Assembly (NCBI GenBank): GCA_029953675.1
Contig: JAMWBK010000004.1
Location: forward strand, 1,612,001 to 1,676,000
Direction of reading: 5' to 3'
From: Rhodosorus marinus CCMP1338
Taxonomy: Eukaryota; Plantae; Rhodophyta
DNA: 64,000 bases
Position numbers and translations under genes: made by a program. Shown here one piece after another: positions 11,677-23,771 of the stretch (within the stretch, counting starts at the first letter, position 1; every line of letters begins with the position of its first letter). The notes below the pieces were generated by a model. It was not told the DNA's origin, did no database searches, and saw only the letters and a program-made list of their open reading frames with translations.

Positions 11677-14229
11677 ATGTCTGGATTCAGCGTAGCCCAC
11701 GATCGATCTGTGAGCCAGGATATCGGCTGTGTTCGATGGTGTAATGAGATCGATCTGGTGGCGATCGTAGTTGGGTCTGTAGAACTGCATGTGCATAGGT
11801 TGATGAGCTGGCAGCGGGTCGCGGCTCCAGAAAGATCATCATGCGAGATTAGTGCTGTGGAGTGGGGTCCAGGCGGACGGCTTCTTGCCTTTGGTGATGT
11901 TTCGGGAGCGATACGGATATTTAAGATTGAATCCGGGGATGTCGTTCTACCCAGTGTGAATATCTCCAGTGCGATTACTAGTTTGATGTGGATTATGCCA
12001 AAGTTTGCGGACTCTGAGCTTGACTGGGACTATACACAGTAAGGGAGAGCCGAAATCGCGGAGAATTTTCCATGCACAAGTCAATTTCTAACCGACCCAA
12101 ACCTTTTTATTCATACATTGACCCAGTGAACACGAGACGTCGGCTCTGAAAGCCAACGTGGAAACATTCGACGTGCTGGTTGTCGGAGATGAGACCGGAA
12201 GGTTGCAGATACGGTCGTTCAGGTACGACGACACAGAATCTAGGTTTTATACGAAGAATTAAGAACGAGAAACCGTCGTTCGGTTCTCGTAATGTGCTCC
12301 AAGTCCTTTCAACGACGCCAACGCGCACGAGTCTCTGGAAGAGAACCTTTTTCCGCTTCGCTTGTTCTTCTATACCTGAGGAAAACGGGGCTAGTGAACA
12401 TCGTTCAGTTTTACGATAGCGTAGAACCCTCAACCTTGGTCAAGCTTAGGTTTATCTCAGCTAAAGAGCAAGCCTGGCGGTTAGGCGAACTCTACGAGAA
12501 CGTATCGGATTGATTGCTCGATCAGTAGCATCTCTGCGTGGGCCTTAAGGGTTGAAAATCTTTTTACGACGGAGGGGTTTGTTAGTATTGAAATTGCTCT
12601 TTCTCGCTACCTAATTGCAGCGGACGTTTCCACTTATGGGACTTGGAGGTATTTCATGACTCCCCTGTGTCGTCCTTGAGGTACCGTCCGGACCTGACAG
12701 AGCTTGGAGTTGTCAGCGAGCAAGCCCGGATGTGTAAGACGATCGATACTCGAGTAATGGCGGACTTCCGAAACGAATTGAAGAAGATTGGGTGTGAGGC
12801 AGTGACGCTCGTCGAACTGACCAAGAAAGCGAAGAACGCGCTTGAAGGAGGCTACCGCTTCGCGAAGAGCGCGAGCGAATTGTACGAACACATCAATCCC
12901 TTGGAGAAGATACTCGAAGACTATGATGAGGTTGGTACTCCGCTCCTCCTCATACAGAGGAAACCACCCACTTTGTGTCTCACTCTCCCGGTACCACCGT
13001 GCCTCTCTCTTGTCTCCGCTAGGAGTCTTCAGCGATCGATGTGCTGAGGATAGCTGCGGCTGGCGGCATCGTTTCCCCAGCACTGAAACATTTTTTTGAG
13101 AAGGAACTATCTATAGGGGCCCTGACAAAGTTTCTGCGGACATTGAACAGCCAATTCACTGAAGCAAGCGAGAAGTTGAGAGAGGATCTGATGAATTGCG
13201 CGGAAGATATCATCTATCGAGCCTCGTATCTCACGGGCCTCGCCACCCTGAAACGATTCGAAGGATTTCTGGTCTCCGCTCTCATCAACTTGCTGCTGGA
13301 GCAAGGTTCTGAGCTTTTGAACTCTACCTACGAAGCGAATTTGCTGCTCTCCAAGTCGTGGAACCGATGCGAAAACTTCTGCCGTTTCCTAGAGAGAAGG
13401 GGCCCGCGTCCTGATGGAGAAACGCAAGACGAGCTTCATGTAGATGATGACGAAGTGTTGGGATTCCTGGACAAGGGAATCACGCAGGACGATGACTTCG
13501 ACGAGTTCCTTGGGAACAATCTGGAACCCTTGGTTGAGAGTATCTCCTCCACAATCGACCGAATCTTCGGAAAAGTTTCTTCCGTCCTCAACCGCAGCAT
13601 AGTGATGAGGGGTACAGAGCAAATGGGCGACAGTATGCAGCCGCTGCAACATAGCGCTAGCTGTAGAGAAGTAAGTTTCGTTCCTCCAAGAAGCAGACCC
13701 AGACGGAAGTTCTTGCCTCCTCATCCAGCTACTCTGCACACGTTAGGATGGGACGATAGAAGTTGCTCTGTTGGAGGGTTCGGCGATCAAGAGAATCCAT
13801 CCTAGTGTTGAACGAGGTACAGACGTGGGGCGCAACGACTGGAGCCCTTCTACTAGTGGTTTCAGAATCCAAAGCATAGCACACTACAGACAAGGGAGAC
13901 TAGTATTTCTGGGCTCGTCGGATAAGACCCTAAGTGGCAATCTGAGAGAAATAGCTCTGGCCGTTTGCGAAGAGTCTGTGGAGACAATTCCTTGGTGTTC
14001 ACGGTTAAGAGTGAAAAGTGGGACCCCAGTCTCGCTGCACGTGAGTGTAGGCCGAGGGCTCGCAAGGTAGGGAGCTGTAGTGGAGAACGATCCTGGCCCT
14101 CCAAGAAGGAGGAGGAGCCGCTTACTAATCACTCGAAATCTTGGACATTTCAGCCTCGTAATAGGGAAGCGCAGGTTTTTAACGTACGACTTGGAGGACT
14201 TGATAGAATCTGATGCCGCTTCCAGCTGA
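11677..14229 (+). CDS. APC4: anaphase-promoting complex subunit 4 (multi-exon)
   Basis: N-terminal ANAPC4 WD40 (WCNEIDLVA...LHVHRLMSWQRV...AVEWGPGGRLLAFGDVSGAI), helical middle (IAAAGGIVSPALKHFFEKEL), C-terminal VSVGRGLA..KRRFLTYDLED. Last exon inferred. Confidence 0.8.
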
Positions 14230-14499
14230 AGGAAGTATCTGCCAACTTTGACTTTTTTTTTTCAACCGGATCTATGCTGCCGTCCGGCGGATGAGCCGGA
14301 GCGAGTATTTCGTTCTATCTCTCACCCATAGGAATCAATTTTTAGATGTATTATACCTCGCGAGAGCTCTCAATTCCGACGAGATTCTCCGTAGAGATCG
14401 GTTCTGTGGTGCTGTGGCAGTGGCCTAAGTGTCAGGAAGCTAAAATACTTAGCACCAAGCTTTTAGCAGTACTGCAAATAACAGCGAATAATTATGGTG

Positions 14500-14900
14500 C
14501 GGCCCTCCATGGAAACGACGGGGAGTAAACATCGGTGCCCACTGTAGCTCTCCTCTAAAAGTTTCCATGTGGCTATCTGTGGTCGCCGCAACACGAACAA
14601 CCAACAAACACAATCGAAATACTGATATCATTCAGTAGACAGGATGAGACTCTTACCAACGCTCAGACACTCCAGTCAAGTATGGCACGTTGGTTTAGAT
14701 CTCTTCTTATGCGTGGTAGATCGCTTCATGGACTCTATAGATCCTCTTTCGCTGAGCGAGCGCCTCTTGCACCAAGTGTGAGGTCCTATCCCCTCTCCTT
14801 TGAAGTCGGATGGCTCTGCCAGTGTGCTTGAAGGGTTCAGCATAAAATGAGGATATGGAAAACATCCAGGTACTCATCCAATGCCAGGAATTGACTTTGG
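14500..14900 (-). pseudogene. possible Penelope-like retroelement fragment
   Basis: Fragments GRAIRL... and NVPYLTGVSER...ISVFR resemble the RT-to-GIY-YIG linker of Penelope-like elements (PYxxGxSE). Interrupted by stops. Confidence 0.2.
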
Positions 14901-15008
14901 TTAACTATATCTGCGAAAACCATACCTCTGCAATGTAGGCTTCAAAATTCATGTTCTGAAGAATAATTTTCATTATATATTTTTGAAAAAAATTACCTCT
15001 TGTCATGA

Positions 15009-15081
15009 GCGGTTTTAGCTCAGTGGTTAGAGCGTCTGCTTTACACGCAGAAGGTCGGGAGTTCGATCCTCCCAAACCGTA
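15009..15081 (+). tRNA. tRNA-Val (anticodon TAC), intronless
   Basis: Cloverleaf: acceptor GCGGTTT/AAACCGT, D arm GCTC-AGTGGTTA-GAGC, anticodon stem TCTGC/GCAGA with loop TTTACAC, T loop GTTCGATCC. Followed by a T6 Pol III terminator. Confidence 0.95.
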
Positions 15082-15380
15082 TTTTTTGCCGGTAGCTGAG
15101 TGGGGTGCCCTATTACGGCGACTATGAAACAGAAACGGTTTTCAAACTATTGGAGGTCTTTTTGGAGAGAGTTTTCTTCTGCAGAAGCGGTTCTGCTATT
15201 CTTCTGCACAAGCTGTTCCGCTAGAGTGAGAGATGAGAGATACAGTTGACGCAGTGCTAAGAGGACGGAACAGGACCTCAGTTCCGTTGCAAGACAGGGG
15301 GTCATATGTTCAACGTTAAATACTTTGTTTGCATCAAAAGCCTTTATCCAGTCTGCTGCAAAATCTAAACTACAACCTTA

Positions 15381-16179
15381 TCAAGGTGCGTGCGTCCGCG
15401 CCCGACCTCTTTGACCAGCTGGGTTTCTCCTTGCGTGGATTGGTTCCCGTCCACTAGACGAGGTCGGACTATGTAGTCCTTCGGCAACTATTTCCAGTGC
15501 CTTCTGGAGGAGTTCGTCAACTTTCTGGGCAGAGCTATCGTCCAAGTTTCTCGTATGCAAGTAGTGTTGAAGCTTTCGTACTTTGTAATGAACTCCTCCT
15601 TCAGGTTCCCCCTCCTCCTTCTCTACCTCAGTCGACTCTCCTCTGGACTCGTTCGGCTTTTCTGGCGCCACTTGGTTGCGCGTGAGACTCAACGAGTTGA
15701 GTGGATGCGTATGATTTAGAGAATAGACGACCTTGATCCGATTCACATCTATCACAGTATGAAAGTGAGCGTTAGCACCAGCCTGGAAATTGAGGATACT
15801 TGTTGAGAGGTCTTCTAGATCCGTACCCTTTAAGTAACATAGATAAATGAATGCTTTACATTGCGTTGTACGTATAATATCTCTCCGCCCTGGGGCAGGC
15901 CGGTTTGCATTCTTTCCACCCCTAAACGCGAATAGCAGAAAGGTCAGCCTGGTGGTCACCGTAGGCTAAACCGCGTTCTCCTTACCAATTACACGCAAAT
16001 CTCACTCTTCTCTGAACGCCGCCCTTTCGCAGAGGCGAGTAGAGGTCAACCGACCTTCTGGTGAACGAGATCCCGTCTTCGTGCTCATGTGCTTTTCTCC
16101 AACGCTCGAATTCCTCTATTGAGGAAACAAGAAACGAGTTTCTTTCCATAAATTGTATTTCATCTCTTCTCAGTGGCAT
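15381..16179 (-). CDS. FAR1/WRKY-GCM1-like (MULE-derived) zinc DNA-binding domain protein, one intron
   Basis: EFERWRKAHEHEDGISFTRR...VRFACNW|GGK...RTTQCKAFI...VVYSLNHTHPL fits the C..C..HxH FAR1-type pattern. GT donor follows CNW with in-frame acceptors. No DDE transposase domain follows. Confidence 0.55.
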
Positions 16180-18899
16180 AGCACCCCGCCCTGCACCTTC
16201 ACCACTGGGCCGAAATAGTTTCCAACATCTATATATATACATGGAGCGCAGGGATTTCTACCAATATCCGGCATATTGGGAGTTGTATTTGTGTTCCGTC
16301 GGAGCGGGACGAATGGAATTGTCCGGGACCTAAACAAGTTGATGATAAAGCAAGGGGAACTGTTCTCCAAACCCGCGAAGGGGATGGGTGATGAATTCTT
16401 TCCTCAGTTCACTGGCAACTGAGCAGCTTACAAGAGCACCAAGAATAGCTTCTTGCTCGTCGAAAAGAGCTGAAACCAGTACTCGGGCGGTCGATCTCCT
16501 TGTTGAGCATGAAGGAAAGCTAAAAACTGCTCGCTAGGTGCCTAGTCAGACCAGGTGTACGTGTTTCCACTTTAAAAGTCCTGTCAGGCGCTGCCCGTCA
16601 GTACTGGGCTGCCAAGTCCACCAGTCTAGTTGCGGAAAAGAAGCCGGTTCCAGCCCTTTGGAAACAGAAACAAGATCTCAATGAAACTCTGGACTCCTCC
16701 ACAATGTCTCTACTCTACTTCACCCCCTCCTCTGTATCCGTGCTTTCTGTCACAGCGCAGTTCACTCACATAGCCCACAACAACCCTGACCGCTCCCAAT
16801 CGAAACGTGTTTACGAAAACGCTGGTAGGCCCTCTACAAAAGAAAAAACCGTTGCAAAGAGCAAAACATACTAAAATAAAAGAAAATACCCACAAACAAA
16901 TTCCTTTGTAGGTAAGAATTATTACATTTCAAGGAAACGCATTCTCAACTACGAAGAGGGGTTATATTGCTCTAGTGTACGTTTAAAAGCTGAATTTGAG
17001 GTAATTTACTCAGAATAATACGTTTATCTATTCTCTATATAGGGGTAGACCACAGCTGTTCTTTATTGATTGGACGAAATTCACCAATCGTATCCAACCG
17101 AAATTGGGAGAACTTGCTCGATTGGTGAAAGTATTATTTTAAATAGTTTTATACACCAAGTTGTTTTCTTGAAAAGGGTTAAGTTCTGAGCAGTTGAGCG
17201 AGAACGGGACATTGGAATCGTAAGCCAAGAAAAAAAAAGAATTTAGATGGGATACGTCAGTATGTCGATTCATTGTTTTTTCCCAGTTTTTTCTGTGGTA
17301 GTTGACAGATCGTTCCATAGGTTGAAAAAGATATTTACCCCCAGGGGGGGGGAGGTGGGAATTGGGCGGTATGGTTAGAAATTGTACCGAATACGTACAC
17401 ATGATTTGGTCAGATATTTTGGTAGTTGATGGAGATGTGGGAAAGGCAACTGCTTATGAGAAAGAGCGTTGTCGAAAGGTTGTACCAGAATTTCCACAAA
17501 CGTCCGAGAAAAAGAAGGGAGGGGAGGAGCGCGGAGAGGGGGGGGAGAGGTGGATGAGCAGAGGTGTTATTGTATTTTGTTACTTTTTCAATGAAGCTGG
17601 ACCTTTTTATTTTCCATGGACAGAAGGAAGGTTTCTTCTCCACGCTGAACCTGGGGTTTTTTTCTATTTCGTGGTGTGGAAGAGAGAACCCGCCTGGGTT
17701 GTTCATGGGGCAGAGTCCATGGGGCGCTGATGTCAGCTTGCGGCGGCTCTGAGCTTTTCGTGTTACGCCCAATGAACAACGAACGCATTGTGTGTTTTAA
17801 GCGTGTTTCGTGCTCTTCAGTAGTCTCCTAGGCTCTCTGCGTAGTGGTTCTCTTGCTGTAGTGGGGTGCGATACCCACAGGTTAACATGAGTCGACTCAT
17901 GTACCAATCAAAAATTCCATTCTTCTTGAGATCGATTTTTCAACAAAGAAAAAGATTTAAATCCTCCGCGCAGAAAAAAGAAAAAAAAAAGGGGTCAAAA
18001 TCAGTCAATGTGTTTTTGGGTAATTTAAGCAGAATACTACGTTTGTCTATTCCCTAGGGCACGATAGCTTCAAATTTATTATCGAATAACTATTGTTCAC
18101 ATATTCATTTTGAAATATTTACTTCCCTCTCTCTGTCCAATCATTAAGAGCTGTAGCACGGTAGGCCTTAATATATTGAAAAACAATCTCTCATCAGACA
18201 CAATCAATGAAGAACTATACCCTCGTCCATCCCTCAACCCATTCGAGACGGAGGGTTAGTAAAATAATCTATAAAACAGAATATACGTCAGTGCGCCGTG
18301 TAAATTGAGGTTCGCAACCCTCCTGGAAAGGAATACGGAAGGAAATGGCGAGTGGATTCAAACTCCCCAGTACAATAATCACGCCTATTTTTTCTGATAC
18401 TTTCATGATAAGTATTGTTTATATATTTCGTCTATTCATTTGTGTTTGCCGAAAATTATTCTCAATGAATGAAGTTGTTTGATTGAAGCCCTTATTCTCT
18501 ATGAGAGTTGGACAAAACGAAGAGAATGGGCGTTCAGGACTCGTTCTCGTTAGAAGACTACACAGTATAAAAACTCAGTGAAGAGAGAAAAGGCGAGTGA
18601 GGCGCAATCTTCGAAGCCCAACTGCGCTTGAACTCTCAACGAACCCGAAGATCTCGAGGACAAGCGGAACAAACCCGCGAGACATCGCCAAGTGCAGAGG
18701 CGGTCGTATCCATAAGGGCTTCCTGCTACACGGGCTCATTGGGGCGGCGCATGATTCGAGAAGCAGCACTACTTCGCTCGGAATGCACGGATTTCTTTGT
18801 TCTCAAAATCGCTGGAAACTCTTACAGGCCCATTATAATTGTGGTGCTTTTTACGAAAATAGCCTTCAGCATACGCAGGGCGTAATGCGAACTAAGTCC

Positions 18900-20450
18900 C
18901 AAGAATAAAACGTTCAAGTCAAGGCGGCGGTGGCGAGCCCCGGTTAGGATACTGTTAGAATATCGCCATAGAGCGACATTGAACCGGGGTAGGTACAAGA
19001 TACTAGGCAGGACAGCTAGAAAAAACATTTGCGCGGCCACTCCAAGCTTGACTCTTCAACATGGCCGCAGCTTCCCACAAGGTACAACTGGCTCAGGCAA
19101 CAAGGCACACTGGTCAGATAGATGCTGTCTTCCTCAGACACTTAATTTCATCTGTTTAGCACCTCACAACGTTGTTAAATATACAGGAGAGGAGCGACGG
19201 AGGTGACTGGTGCGAAAGGATATCTGGCTGACCTACCAATAGGGGCTTCCCTGCTCTTCATTGGGAAGAAGATCGGAATCCTTCACATGTGTGTAGACTA
19301 CTGGGGCATAAATAAATCCCTTCGCTAACAGATCCACGATCTGCGTTTCGAATTCCCGTCGTTCTCGAGGAGACAACCGGCATGGAGCCTTGAGGACGGG
19401 CTTGGCATTGCCTATTTCGATCGCGGCATCAAAGCTCCGCTGTGGAGCCCTGGAGGCCAAGGGGCCGGCACTCGCACCTCGAGGGGTACCGCATTAAAAA
19501 ATACGTGTATAAAAAACAAAAGAACAGGAGAGCATTAAAAAGGCTGCGTCCTCCTCGTCAACAACAGAAGTTTTCTCCCGAGCATGGCGGAGTACTTCAA
19601 CCAGTTCAGCGTCTTCCGCGTCACGGTGGAAGTCTTTCCGCCCACCCAGAGCCTCCTAGATCCACTTCTTCAACATCCCATCCGCCTCGGGGTTCTTCTA
19701 CCAGAGGCATTGTATGCGATGTTGCCAGTCCGCGTGGACCCACACACTTCACGGAGACGCAAACTACTACCTCCGAAACGCTCACCTTCTTATCCAGTTG
19801 ACCAAACTGCCTCGCGTTACTTGCCGTCTCGAATGGAGAGCTTGGTGCTACTTCTCGAATCAGGTCCCATCACACGGAGCTTGCGTAGAGGGCGTTCGGA
19901 ATGTGCAGCCTCCAATCTGCGGTGTCACACCTTGTTCCGCTTCTGCTCGAGGTCTTTGGGTTGATTGAGAGTTCAGGTGCAGCATGGATTCAGGACTGTT
20001 TTCGCGATCGCGATTAGGCTCACTCGCGTTTACTTTTTTCCTTGTGTTTTATGCTGTGGCGTTCTATGGTCACCTTGGTCTTGGATGCCGTTTCTCGGTT
20101 TGGCGAAGCTTCATCCTCCGAGGGTTGTTGCCTCTGAATAATCGAAGCGCGACTTATTCGAGTAGTACGTCACTTCCGTTGCAGAATCGCAGTATTACAA
20201 GGCAAAAAGTGGAATCTTCGGGACACCTCCCTTCTGTAAGAGCAGGTCCATAGGGATGTATTCCTCGTGGATCGGACCTAAACCAACCAAGAAAGTGAAC
20301 ACACCTCCGTGTTCTTCGCGCGATGCTCCTGAACCAGTGGAGTTGCAATACGGGGGACGTTTCCGTACTATGCCTCTATTAAACCACTTCAGGTCTTTTA
20401 AATCGCGTAGAGGCTAAGCTGGAACGGTATTCCAACCTGCACCAAGTGTA
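18900..20450 (-). mobile_element. degenerate Ty3/Gypsy LTR retrotransposon relic
   Basis: 19233-19460: PQRSFDAAIEIGNAKPVLKAPCRLSPRERREFETQIVDLLAKGFI, the canonical pre-RT segment of Gypsy pol. A gag-like YIPMDL lies near 20250. Many stops; LTRs not found; limits approximate. Confidence 0.65.
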
Positions 20451-21183
20451 GGAGACTCTCGGGTCGGTTTGGTGCAAACGAGTCAAACTTAGCCGCAATA
20501 TGGGTTTTCATAGAATTCCGGGTACGAAGTTTGAGGGGATGCTCATTACATCTAACAGAAGCACTATCGTCTGTAACAAGCCAGGGCATGAACAACTAGC
20601 CCCCTACTCTGGACCCAAACCGGCAAACTAGTGTTGGATCAACAATCCATATTTTTCACAAAATTCAACAACTGAGACGCAATTATGAGTGACCACCATC
20701 CAAATATTTACCCAATACAATGTGTCCAACCCCCAAAATCAAAACAATATCCACTCCTTCATCAAACGCACATTTTCATTCGTCTTCTTGTCATCCAGCT
20801 CTCCTTTTTAATTTACTATTCAACTACAAGAATTCCAGTATTCACTTTTTTTTTGAAAATCCTGCAAAATGATTGTTTTACGATTTTCTTGACGTTTAAG
20901 AATTTACCTAGTTTTTCAGCTTCTAAGTATGAAATTGAATTTTGCTTGTTTATGGAGGCTCTAGAGAGCTCGAAATGAAGGGTTGATTGAAAGCTGGGAA
21001 TTTGGAGGTCATTTTGAGGCGATTGGATTAATGCACGATTCCGATGCGTTCGGGGAGTGTGGAGTGGGAGATGGAAGTAAGAGGAGGTTTCTGGTTGGGA
21101 ATGGATGGATTTTGAAGAAGCAGAGATGTTTGAGGTCCGCCATATAGTTATTTGATCTCTGATTTTTGATTAATCAACGAGAA

Positions 21184-23145
21184 ATGGCGGGGACTTGGCG
21201 CGCCGTTGAGTCCCTGCGAAAGGCCTTCGACGTGGCGGTGAGACGGGGCCGGCTGGACTTGCTGAGATCGGTTTGCTGCAAAGGAGAAAAGCATTTATCT
21301 GATCACGTACGTACGGCGATTCCGGAACCAAGACAAGCCGAGCATTGGCACCTTGAGGCTTTGGCCTATTACTGGACGGGAGATAGGCAGAGGCTCTTTT
21401 TCGTTTTAAAGGAGATGAGGTCTTGCGGAGTAATGCCTCCGGAGAGTGCTTATGCAAGTTTGATTGAGATCTCGCTTGAAGGACGTCAGGTGAGAGTTGC
21501 GATCAATAAGGATCTCGTTCCTTTAAATACCACCAGCTGAGCGAATATTTTCGACTTCTCTGATGGGTCATACTATAGGCTAACATGGCGCAAGCTACAC
21601 TAGTCGAAGCCCTTCGGGCCGGGTACACGATGAAAGAGGCTGCTTGCGAAGAAGTTTTCAAAATTTGTCTCCACTCGGGGAGCTACCCAGGATGTCGTGC
21701 AATATACGAAGCACTGCGAGAAAACGAAGTGTTTATCGAGAGCGTGTACAGAAAAATTGTGTGGTTGTCAGGAAAGTATGGAGATTTGAGATTAGCAAAG
21801 GATTCGTTCGCGGAATTGAACGCACGTGGGATCGACGGTGATGAAGAAATGTATATAGCTCTCATTCTCGCTTTTGCCAGGCAAAACGACTTTGTTAACG
21901 CCTTCGCAGCTTTCGATGAGATGCGGTAAGCAAATTGTAGAGTTTGGAGGAAACTGGCTTCTCGTCTTGTTTTGTACGCTGACTGAGCTCTTCGACTTTT
22001 ATGCTGCTCGCTTTCTACAGATTGAAAAGGATCGAACCCTCAGCTCGAACTTGGCATACTATGATTGAAGTCCAGTCTCGGGTTGGTAATATGGATTCGA
22101 TGACAGCTCTGTATGAGGAGGCACTTCGGAGCAAGGTAAAAAGTTTGTATTCTTTGATAGAGGTGCACAACGCATACTTGACTGGGGTTTACAGATGCAC
22201 TGCGGATACGAGGCTGATGGAGAAGGCTTTTAACGATATTTCGGAGAAGTATGGACTTGAGCCCAATAGGAGCAGCTATTCAATAATGATCAAGGCCTAT
22301 GTGCGAAGCCGGGAATATCAACAAGCTAAGGAGGTAGGATTGAACGCCGAGGACGTCTGCTTTCGAGTTGAATGGAACCCTTTCGTGCGCTTAAGCTTTA
22401 TTTTCTTTTGGCCTCAGGCGCTTTTGCGTTGCGTTGAAGCGGGTATTGAGCCAAACTATCACATGAGCACGACTTTGCTAAGCATGTACGGGCGTGCTGG
22501 AGACGTGCGTGCAGCAGAAGAGCTTTTTGCTGGACTCCGCGAAAGCAGGGTGAAGTTGAATAGCTTTCATTATTCGACGATGATCGGTCTATTGCGAAGA
22601 CATGGGGAAGTTGCCAAGGCCATGGAGCTTGTCAACAGCTTGAACCTGATGCAGATTCCTAAGGACGAAATGCTCAGCGCGTCGATCATTGACCTGCACG
22701 GAAATAATTCGAGGCTCTCCTCGGCAGTGGAGGTTTTCCAAGAGGCTCCAGTTCGCACGGTTGTCATCTACGAAGCGATTATGAGAGCTTGTATCGAGGC
22801 TGGAGACTATGAACAAGGAAGCAAATTTTTTACGGAAATGGTCAGCAAGAACATTGAGCCGAGGAAGCACACGTACCACTTGGTACGTTGAACAGTCGAT
22901 GATGCCTCTCCATCCCGTGCAAAGGTTCCTAATTCTAAAACTTGTGTTGATAATAGGGGCTCAAACTTGCTCGAGAAACTGAGGACGTGGAGTTCCGCAA
23001 CTACTTGTCGCGAGGTATTGGTGTTCTGGTTGAAGACGCAACGGCGCCAGTAAGACATGCGCAAGATGCGTCAAAGGCATCCAGGATGGTTTTTCATGAT
23101 GCCCTTGGACCCCGAACGAGCAAGATGCTGAACATTGGATCCTAG
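21184..23145 (+). CDS. pentatricopeptide repeat (PPR) protein (multi-exon)
   Basis: About 35-aa repeats: PPESAYASLI, DEEMYIALILAFAR, PSARTWHTMIEVQSR, PNRSSYSIMIKAYVR, PNYHMSTTLLSMYGRAGD, NSFHYSTMIGLLRR, TVVIYEAIMRAC. Confidence 0.88.
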
Positions 23146-23771
23146 TTAACTGAGAAAAATTGCAACTAACTCGAGGGAGGACCTCGGAAACCTGAAACCC
23201 CGCACAGAAGTGGCGATCCTTTTTATTACATCATTTCTTTATTACAATCATATATTGATTGGATCGGGCCTAGAACACATCGAATAATTGGACCAAATAG
23301 TTCTATTCCGGCCAATCATCATATACTGGATCCTATAGTTGACCAATTAAAAATTACTGAATCTATTTATTTTTGTATTTCAACCTAAAAGAAGTTTATG
23401 GACGATTAACAAGTCCGGGCTTTTTTTAGCATGTGCTGATTGGAGCTTTAGTATATATTTGTGATTAAAAAAGACCTTTTTGGTACCGAGAGTGTAAGCA
23501 ATAGGTCAACGACGGTGGTAAGTCATTTTTTGACATTGTGAGAACCAAGCGGACGAGCGGGATGGATAGCAGCAGACTCGATAGCATTGAAGAGCGTAGG
23601 CCTTTTGCTTTTATGATTTCTGTACATTAAGAAAGGACAGTGTTATCTGCTTGAAGGGATTCTGTCTGCGAAGGGTACTCATGAAATTTTTGTTGAGGGG
23701 GTAGTTTGGTTTTCGGTGCTGATGAAAGTGTAGAAGGATCGGGGGGGTTCTTTGTGCTGAGAAATCCGTCT

